Part shown: piece by piece, positions 57,557 to 64,000 of the stretch | Numbering within the stretch: the stretch's first letter is position 1 | Layout of the letters: the number at the start of each line of letters is the position of its first letter | From: Corallococcus caeni | GTDB lineage: Bacteria > Myxococcota > Myxococcia > Myxococcales > Myxococcaceae | DNA: 64,000 nt | Assembly: GCF_036245865.1 (NCBI RefSeq) | Contig: NZ_BTTW01000008.1 | Coordinates: forward strand, 32,396-96,395 | Reading direction: 5' to 3' | Translations under genes and position numbers: made by a program | Notes under the pieces: model-generated | Told to the model about the DNA's origin: nothing | Database searches by the model: none | What the model saw: the letters and a program-made list of their open reading frames with translations, nothing else

Positions 57557-58439
57557 CGCCGGAGCGGGGCGGGCACGGCGCGTCCTCCACCGGCGCGCTC
57601 GCGCTGGCGTGGGGCGCGGGTGTGGGGCGGTACCAGCTGGTCTGTCCAATCAGGTGCCGCGTGAAGCCGTCCTCCACCAGGGGTGAGGCCTCCGCGGCGC
57701 CCAGCACCAGGTAGCCATCCGCCTGGAGCATCCGCCGCACGCGGGCGAGCACCGCGCGGCGGGTGGGCACGTCCCAGTAGATCATCACGTTGCGAAGGAA
57801 GACGAGGTCCACCGGCGCCTCCGGTGGGAAGTCGTCCATGAGGTTGAGCGGCCGCAGCTCCACCGGCCTGCGCACCTGTTCGTTCAGCCGCCACCCGTCG
57901 CGCTCCGGGCGGAAGTAGCGCTGGCGCAGCTCCGGCGTCAGGCCCCGGTGGATCTCCTGCGCGTCGTAGCGGGCCTCGCTGGCGCGCACGAGCGCGCGCG
58001 TGGAGAAGTCGGTGGCGAGGATGCGCACCGTCCAGCCGGTGATCAGCAGCCCGGCCTCCGCCAGCGTCATCGCGATGCTGTAGGGCTCCTGGCCGTAGGC
58101 GCACGCCGCGCACCAGATGCGCAGCGTGCGCGTGCGGGAGCGCTTCGCCAGCAGGGCGGGCAGGACCGTGGAGCGCAGGGCGTCGAACACGGGCGCGTCG
58201 CGGAAGAAGGCCGTCTCGTGGTTGGCCAGCGCCTCCGCCAGCCGCTGGTGGAGCGGGCTGCTCTCCGGCTGTGAGCGCAGCCGCGCGACCAGGGCGGAGA
58301 TGTCCGGCAGCCGCTCCTCGCGCAGGAGCGACATGAGCCGCGTCTCCACCAGCGCGTGCATGTCGGGCTCCAGCACGAGCCCGGAGCGGCGCAGCACGCG
58401 CTGCCGCAGGTACGCGAAGTCGTCGGCAAGCAGGGACAT
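57546..58439 (-). CDS. cheR: Chemotaxis protein methyltransferase CheR
   Basis: LRIWCAACAYGQEPYSIAM; FLRNVMIYWD; trimmed from the composite 677-aa ORF. Confidence 0.85.
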   Translation of the reverse strand: MSLLADDFAYLRQRVLRRSGLVLEPDMHALVETRLMSLLREERLPDISALVARLRSQPESSPLHQRLAEALANHETAFFRDAPVFDALRSTVLPALLAKRSRTRTLRIWCAACAYGQEPYSIAMTLAEAGLLITGWTVRILATDFSTRALVRASEARYDAQEIHRGLTPELRQRYFRPERDGWRLNEQVRRPVELRPLNLMDDFPPEAPVDLVFLRNVMIYWDVPTRRAVLARVRRMLQADGYLVLGAAEASPLVEDGFTRHLIGQTSWYRPTPAPHASASAPVEDAPCPPRSGARP

Positions 58440-58441
58440 GC

Positions 58442-59506
58442 TCAGGTCCTCCGTCCGCGTGGATCCACGCGCCGCACCAGCTCCAGGGCCAGGGCGTCCA
58501 GGGGCACCACCGCGTCCGCGAGCCCCGCCTGCTCCACCGCGCCCGGCATGCTGCCGATGACGCAGCTGGCCTGGTCCTGCACCACCACCTGACCGCCCGC
58601 CTCGCTCACCTTGCGGCAGCCGCGCAGCCCGTCCTGGCCCATGCCGGTGAGCACCACCGCCAGCACCCCCGCGCCGTACACCTCCGCCGCCGAGCGGAAG
58701 AGCAGGTCCACCGCCGGACGGCACGCGTTCTCCGCCGGCCCCTGGTGCGTGAGCAGCCGCACGCCCGTCGCGTCCCGGCACACGGCCAGGTGGAAGTCCC
58801 CGGGGGCCACCCACACCGAGCCGGCCCGCACGGACGCACCCGTCACGGCCTCGCGCACGCAGAGCGGGCTCACGCCCTGCAACCGCTCCGCGAGCAGCCG
58901 CGTGAAGAGGGGCGGCATGTGCTGCACGACGAGCACCGGCACCGGGAGGTCCGCTGGCAGCGCGGACACCACGCGCACCAGCGCGCCCGGGCCTCCCGTG
59001 GACGCGCCGATGACGATGGCCTCCACCCGCGCGGGCACCAGCGGCCGGGGCTGGGGTGCGCGCGTCACGGGGAACGGCGCCATCGTGGCGGAAGCGGGGC
59101 GAACGTTGAGCGCCTTGAGCTTGCGCACCAGCTCGTCCCGCACGGCCTCCACCGTGACGTTCATTCCGCCCGCGGACGTGGGCTTCGTCACGTAGTCGCG
59201 GGCTCCCAGCGCGAGCGCCTCCAGGGTCAGCATGCCGGCGCGTTCGGTGAGCGCGCTGAACATCACCACGGGCAGGTCCGGGGCGCGCTGGCGCAGGAGC
59301 TTCAGCGTCTCCAGCCCGTCCAGCTCCGGCATCTCCAGGTCCAGCAGCACCACGTCCGGCTGGAACTGCTCCACCTTCGCCAGCGCGATGCGGCCGTTGG
59401 GCGCGGTGGCGACGACCTCCAGGCCTGGATCCGCGTCCAGCAGCAGTGACACCTGCCGCCGCACCACGGCCGCGTCGTCCACCACCAGGACCCGGATGGG
59501 GTTCAT
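58442..59506 (-). CDS. cheB: Chemotaxis response regulator protein-glutamate methylesterase CheB
   Basis: REC domain (VLVVDDAAVVR...LLDLEMPELDG) + methylesterase (IVIGASTGGPGAL...VQHMPPLFT...GMGQDG). Confidence 0.9.
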   Translation of the reverse strand: MNPIRVLVVDDAAVVRRQVSLLLDADPGLEVVATAPNGRIALAKVEQFQPDVVLLDLEMPELDGLETLKLLRQRAPDLPVVMFSALTERAGMLTLEALALGARDYVTKPTSAGGMNVTVEAVRDELVRKLKALNVRPASATMAPFPVTRAPQPRPLVPARVEAIVIGASTGGPGALVRVVSALPADLPVPVLVVQHMPPLFTRLLAERLQGVSPLCVREAVTGASVRAGSVWVAPGDFHLAVCRDATGVRLLTHQGPAENACRPAVDLLFRSAAEVYGAGVLAVVLTGMGQDGLRGCRKVSEAGGQVVVQDQASCVIGSMPGAVEQAGLADAVVPLDALALELVRRVDPRGRRT

Positions 59507-59517
59507 TCGCACTCGCG

Positions 59518-59853
59518 TCACCGGACCGCGTGCGCGACCGGGCAGCGGCCCGCGGGGGCGCTGGAGGCCGCATCGCCATACACCTCGTGGCGTGGCCGGC
59601 TCGCGAGGATGGCGCTTGCGCCCCAGTCCGTCACGCGGTGGAAGGCCTCGGACGCGACGAAGGCGTCGAAGCCCTCGCGGCTGTGCCACTCGGAGACGAT
59701 GAGGTAGCGCCCCGGTGCCCCCACGCTCTTGAACAGCTCCGTGTGCGCGTGCGCCGGCAGCATCCGCATCGCCTCCAGGACGAGCGCGAACTTCCGCTCG
59801 AAGGCCTCCGCCTTGCCCTCACGCACCTCGTAGTTCATGCCGATGGTGACCAT
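59518..59853 (-). CDS. ABM-like small alpha+beta-barrel protein
   Basis: 111 aa MVTIGMNYEVREGKAEAFERKFALVLEAMR...YLIVSEWHSREGFDAF. Confidence 0.55.
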   Translation of the reverse strand: MVTIGMNYEVREGKAEAFERKFALVLEAMRMLPAHAHTELFKSVGAPGRYLIVSEWHSREGFDAFVASEAFHRVTDWGASAILASRPRHEVYGDAASSAPAGRCPVAHAVR

Positions 59854-59875
59854 CCGTCACCTCCTTGTCTGTCTT

Positions 59876-61405
59876 TCATTCGAGCCAGACCCGGACGTGG
59901 CGGTCGCCCTCGTCCAGGTGGAACAGCTCCGCCGGCCGCAGCCCCGCCGCCACCGCCGCCGCGCCGATGGCGACCGGATCCAGGCCCCGCGCCGCGAGCT
60001 TGCGCGGCAGGTCCTCCGGCAACAGGTCTTCCAGGTGCGCCGTCACGTCCGCGCGGAAGGTCAGCGCGACGCGCGTGTGCCCAGCTTCCGTCACGCGGAC
60101 CTTCAGGTAGCGCGCGGTGCCCTCCACCCGCGCCTCGGGCGGCGACGGCGGCGGGGGAAGCGATGGAGCACGGGCCTCGTCCAGCAGCGGCCCCCAGGCG
60201 ATGGGCGTATCCAGCACGTCCAGGTGGCGCACCAGCCCGTGGAACGCACGCAGGACGAACAGCAGTGACGCGGGCCCGGCCGCGCGGAAGTTCCAGCGGT
60301 GCGGCCCCAACGCCTCGGTGAGCCGCGTTCCCAGCCGCCAGCTCCTCGCGTGGAAGGGACCCTCCCGGAGGAAGGGCTCCAGCAGCACGCGGCTCACGGC
60401 GGGCAGCGCTTCCGTCATGGGCTCCAGCAGCTCCGGCGTGAAGCCCAGCATCACCCACGCGGACAGCAGCTGCTCCGGGTGCGGCGTGGCGTTCGGAGCC
60501 CGGAGGAGGGAGATCAACCGCCCCAGCCCCACGGCCAGCTCCGGCGGCAGCGGCTTCACGCAGCCGAAGTCGAGCACCCCCAGCACGGGCCTGCCGTCCG
60601 GCCCCCGGGACACGCGGTAGTTGCCCGGGTGCGGATCCGCGTGGAGCGCGCCCCAGGTGAAGCAGCCGTGGAGGAACAGCCGGATCAGCGTGGTGGACAG
60701 CGCCCGGCGGTCCGCTTCGCTCCAGCGCCAGCCCTCCGCGAGGGAAGCGCCCTCCACCCAGCTCATCACCAGCAGGTCTTCACGGGTGAGCGCGTCCACC
60801 GGCACGGGGACGACGACGCCCGGCACGTCCGCCATGCGCGCGCCCGCGTCCCGCAGGGCCTGGGCCTCGTGGTGGTAGTCCAGCTCGCCCTGGAGCATCC
60901 GGGCCAGCTCATGGCGGTAGGCGGACATGTCCAGCTTCCCGCGCCAGCCCCCCAGCGGCGCGGCCAGCCAGCCCAGCGCGCGCAGATCATCCCGCACGGC
61001 CTCCGCGATGCCCGGGTGCCGCAGCTTCACCGCCACGGCGCGCCCGTCGCGCAGCACGCCCCGGTGCACCTGCCCCAGCGACGCGGCGATGCCCACGCCC
61101 TCCAGCGACGTGAACACCTCCTGCCACGGGCGGCCCAGTCGTCGGGACACCTCCGCCAGCGCGTCCTCCGGCGCGAGCGGGGAGGGCGCCTCCGCGAGCG
61201 AACCGAATCCCGGCGTCTCCGCGCCCAGCTCCGCGAGCGTGAGCACCTGGCCCATTTTCTGGGGCAGTCCCCGCAGGCCCAGGAGCCGCTGGGTCAGCTC
61301 TCGCCGCGCGCGCTCCTCGTCCTGGGGACGGGACACCCGCCGCAGGCGCGTGGAGGCGCGGGCCACCTGGCCCAGCTCCCACCACCGCTTCAATCCGATC
61401 CGCAC
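59876..61405 (-). CDS. ABC1/UbiB-family atypical protein kinase (GTG start proposed)
   Basis: ASLGQVHRGVLRDGRAVAVKLRHPGI; HADPHPGN; N-terminal 137 aa of the track ORF is Arg/Pro artefact overlapping the mcp. Confidence 0.7.
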   Translation of the reverse strand: MRIGLKRWWELGQVARASTRLRRVSRPQDEERARRELTQRLLGLRGLPQKMGQVLTLAELGAETPGFGSLAEAPSPLAPEDALAEVSRRLGRPWQEVFTSLEGVGIAASLGQVHRGVLRDGRAVAVKLRHPGIAEAVRDDLRALGWLAAPLGGWRGKLDMSAYRHELARMLQGELDYHHEAQALRDAGARMADVPGVVVPVPVDALTREDLLVMSWVEGASLAEGWRWSEADRRALSTTLIRLFLHGCFTWGALHADPHPGNYRVSRGPDGRPVLGVLDFGCVKPLPPELAVGLGRLISLLRAPNATPHPEQLLSAWVMLGFTPELLEPMTEALPAVSRVLLEPFLREGPFHARSWRLGTRLTEALGPHRWNFRAAGPASLLFVLRAFHGLVRHLDVLDTPIAWGPLLDEARAPSLPPPPSPPEARVEGTARYLKVRVTEAGHTRVALTFRADVTAHLEDLLPEDLPRKLAARGLDPVAIGAAAVAAGLRPAELFHLDEGDRHVRVWLE

Positions 61406-61439
61406 GTGCCGTGGCTCCCGGGGCTTGCAGCGGCCCGCG

Positions 61440-63491
61440 CTACTTCGCCCGCGCCTGCTTGTCCGTGGTGTCCACCTGCACGACCAGCCGTTGCAGCGAC
61501 TGCGCCATGTGGGCCAGCTCCACCGCCGAGCGCTGCGTGCTGCCCGCGCCCTCGGTGGTGCTGCGCGCGGCCTCCGCCACGGCGGCCATGTTCTCGGAGA
61601 TCTGCTGGCTGCCCTTGGCGGCCTCGCCCACGTTGCGCAGGATCTCCCCCGCGGTCGCCGTCTGCTCCTCCACCGACGAGGCGATGGACGTCTGCAATTC
61701 GTTGATGCGGCCGATGGTGGCGCCGATCTCCAGGATGGCGTTGACCACCTCCTCGGTGTCGCCCTGAATGCTGCCGATCCGCTGGCCGATGTCCTCGGTG
61801 GCGCGGGCCGTCTCACGCGCCAGTTCCTTCACCTCGTTGGCCACCACCGCGAAGCCCCGGCCCGCCTCGCCCGCGCGCGCCGCCTCGATGGTCGCGTTGA
61901 GCGCGAGCAGGTTGGTCTGCTGCGCGATGGAGGTGATGACCTTGATGACCTTGCCGATGTCCTGGCTGCTGGTCCCCAGCTTGCCGACGAGGATGGACGT
62001 GGTGTCAGCCAGCTTGACTGCGGACGACGCCACCTTGGCGGCGGTGCTCGCGTTGCGCGCCACCTCGCGGATGTTCGCGTTGACCTCCTCCATGCCGGAC
62101 GCGACGCTCTGCACGTTGCGGCTGACCTGCTCCGCGCCGGCGGACACCTGGGTGGCCTGCGCCGCGGTCTCCTGCGCGTTGCTCACCATCTGCTGGCTGA
62201 CGCTGGACAGCTCCTGCGACGACGCCGCGAGCGTCTGCGAGTGCTGCGTCACCTCCTGGAAGATGCCGCGCAGCGTGCTGTCCAGGTCCTGCTCCCGCTT
62301 CTGCACCGCGAGCTTCTCGGTGATGAGCTCCCACGTCACCATGGGGCCCAGGTAGCGGCCCTGGCCGTCGTACACCGCCGTCACCAGCAGGTCCGCGACC
62401 TCCGGCCCGATGGGGATGTTCGCGCGCACCGGCAGGTTCTTGTCGTTGGACAGGATCTTCCGCTGGTACGCCGAGTCGCGGTGGAAGACGTCGATGGTGG
62501 ACCCCAGCACCCGGTCCGCGCTGACGGGCAGGTGCTTCTCCACCCGCTGCAACAGCCGGCGCGAGGCGGGGTTCAGGTAGACGATCTTCAGGTCCTTGTC
62601 GGCCGCCATCACGCAGGTGGGGGCGTTCTCCAGCATGGCCCTCAGCCGCGCCATCTCCGTGTCCACGCGCTGCTGATCCGTGATGTCCGTCCACGTCACC
62701 ACGTAGCCGGTGAGCGCTCCGCTTCGGCCCTCGATGCCGTCGACGTGGACCTTGAGCAGGGTGGGGCCCGCCGCGAAGGTGGTCTCGTACGGCAGCGCGG
62801 ACGGCGTGCCCAGCCGGTCCTCCTCCAGCCGCAGCTGATGCTCGAAGTGGGCGAGGAAGTCGCGGTCCTCCGCGCCGTCGCTGATGCGCTCGAGGGCCTC
62901 CGTGGCGGCCGCGTTGATGAAGACGATGCCCAGGTCCGCGTCCAGGACGAACAGGTTGACCCGCGCCGCGTTGAGCAGCGTCTCGTTGAAGGCGCCCTCG
63001 AGCGGCGTGGCCGCGCGGCGGCGGGAGGAGCGGGCCGCGGGCACGGACGCCACGGCGACCCGGCGTCCCTCCGTGCGGGAGGCACGCGCCGGGGCGCGCT
63101 TCGACGCGGGCCTGCTGACGCCGTCCTCTTGCGACGTCCCCACCGCCGCCAGCAATTCGCGGGCGACGGGGCCCGGCACGTCCAGCTCATCCAGCACGGT
63201 GGCCAGGTGTTCGGCGACGCGCTCGAAGTGATGGGGCTTCAGCGCCATGCGCGCGTGCACCTCGCGCATCGACGGACCGCGATAGACGGCCGGGCCGCCC
63301 AGGTGCTGGGTGAGGAACGCGACCATCTGGCGCTGCAACTGGACCAGGTCCGCGCGGCGGAAGAGGGGCTTGAGCAGCGCGTCCGTCATCACCCGCGCGT
63401 AGAGCTTCTGCACGGCCGCCGTCAGGGGGGCCTTGCCGCCCAGGCGCTGGAAGAGGGTGGCTTTCACGGCGGGCGCGGTAGGGCGGGCCAT
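61440..63491 (-). CDS. Methyl-accepting chemotaxis protein with N-terminal truncated-haemoglobin-like globin and PAS-like domains (globin-coupled sensor MCP)
   Basis: Globin [31 protein letters not shown]; MCP signalling domain [34 protein letters not shown]; trimmed to Met166. Confidence 0.8.
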   Translation of the reverse strand: MARPTAPAVKATLFQRLGGKAPLTAAVQKLYARVMTDALLKPLFRRADLVQLQRQMVAFLTQHLGGPAVYRGPSMREVHARMALKPHHFERVAEHLATVLDELDVPGPVARELLAAVGTSQEDGVSRPASKRAPARASRTEGRRVAVASVPAARSSRRRAATPLEGAFNETLLNAARVNLFVLDADLGIVFINAAATEALERISDGAEDRDFLAHFEHQLRLEEDRLGTPSALPYETTFAAGPTLLKVHVDGIEGRSGALTGYVVTWTDITDQQRVDTEMARLRAMLENAPTCVMAADKDLKIVYLNPASRRLLQRVEKHLPVSADRVLGSTIDVFHRDSAYQRKILSNDKNLPVRANIPIGPEVADLLVTAVYDGQGRYLGPMVTWELITEKLAVQKREQDLDSTLRGIFQEVTQHSQTLAASSQELSSVSQQMVSNAQETAAQATQVSAGAEQVSRNVQSVASGMEEVNANIREVARNASTAAKVASSAVKLADTTSILVGKLGTSSQDIGKVIKVITSIAQQTNLLALNATIEAARAGEAGRGFAVVANEVKELARETARATEDIGQRIGSIQGDTEEVVNAILEIGATIGRINELQTSIASSVEEQTATAGEILRNVGEAAKGSQQISENMAAVAEAARSTTEGAGSTQRSAVELAHMAQSLQRLVVQVDTTDKQARAK

Positions 63492-63979
63492 CAGCGGGAC
63501 TCCTGGGGAAGCAAGGGGAAGGAAGGGGCGGCGGAGGCGCTGGACGCGGGCGCAAGCCCGTGCACCACCGCGTCCGCGGACAACACGAGCAGCAGCCGGT
63601 CCGGCAGCGCATGGACACCCAGGAGCATCGAGCGCAGGGGCCCACGCAGGTTGTCCGGCAGTGGCGCCAGGTCCGACTGCTCGAAGGGGAGGATGTCGCC
63701 AATGGCATCCACGCGGAGGCTCACCGCGCCTTCGTCGCCGCGCAGGACGACGTGGGGCGCGTCCGTCGGAGCGGTTCCGTCGGGCAGGTCCAGGCGGCGG
63801 CGCAGGTCGATGGCGGGGACGATCTGCCCGCGCAGGTTGAGCAGCCCCGCCACCTCCGGAGGCGCGCCGGGGACGCGCGTGAGCGGGGGCGGCAGCAAGA
63901 TCTCCTGCACGCGTTCGATGTCCAGGCCGAACAGGTGGTCCCCCACCTGGAACGAGCACAGCTGGCGGAAGGCGCTCAC
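63491..63979 (-). CDS. cheW: CheW-like coupling protein (GTG start)
   Basis: [19 protein letters not shown]...[21 protein letters not shown]. Confidence 0.8.
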   Translation of the reverse strand: MSAFRQLCSFQVGDHLFGLDIERVQEILLPPPLTRVPGAPPEVAGLLNLRGQIVPAIDLRRRLDLPDGTAPTDAPHVVLRGDEGAVSLRVDAIGDILPFEQSDLAPLPDNLRGPLRSMLLGVHALPDRLLLVLSADAVVHGLAPASSASAAPSFPLLPQESR

Positions 63980-64000
63980 GGCGCACCGCCCGTCAGCAGC

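Noticed and set aside
57546-59579. 677-aa ORF spanning cheR and part of cheB
   Set aside because: Composite: in-frame read-through upstream of the true CheR start (58439). CheB is encoded in another frame (58442..59506).
59876-61816. N-terminal 137 aa of the ABC1 kinase ORF
   Set aside because: Arg/Pro/Ser-rich translation overlapping the MCP gene 3' end. Real start placed at GTG 61405 just before the conserved kinase N-terminal region.
1-64000. Mobile-element or prophage signatures (integrase, transposase, attachment-site repeats)
   Set aside because: None recognised. GC content is uniform with no obvious low-GC island. The toxin-immunity and beta-helix duplications look like local events rather than mobile-element insertions.

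Overview
High-GC (~70%) myxobacterial chromosome segment. Gene content and order (tail of a Tad-like secretin/FHA-ATPase cluster resembling the Myxococcus 'Kil' locus, then polA, and a stand-alone MbtH-like gene) point to Myxococcus xanthus or a close relative. About 60 protein-coding genes are supported; no rRNA, tRNA or CRISPR was seen. Because of the GC bias, nearly every real gene is shadowed by long antisense ORFs in the six-frame track. I trimmed or rejected those using domain motifs, signal peptides and start-codon context. Main observations: (1) a clear homologue of eukaryotic Major Vault Protein (repeat region, shoulder, cap-helix, C-terminal tail), with a divergently transcribed 8-Cys secreted peptide next to it; (2) a two-domain protein with a macro-like N-terminus and a nucleoside 2-deoxyribosyltransferase-like C-terminus, divergent from a tandem cNMP-binding protein; (3) a PD-(D/E)xK-fold toxin with an overlapping immunity-like gene, plus an upstream lipoprotein-signal fragment in another frame (SitA-like remnant?); (4) a Fic-B-A operon whose two tandem paralogues have unknown function and whose genes are joined by ATGA overlaps; (5) tandemly duplicated secreted beta-helix genes, each with a duplicated palindrome-containing leader; (6) a chemosensory operon cheW / globin-coupled MCP / ABC1 kinase / ABM / cheB / cheR; (7) a P450-ABM cassette with an ArsR regulator; (8) a LysM-C39-like protein lacking a signal peptide. 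All calls rest on reading the sequence and translations by eye; no database search was run.
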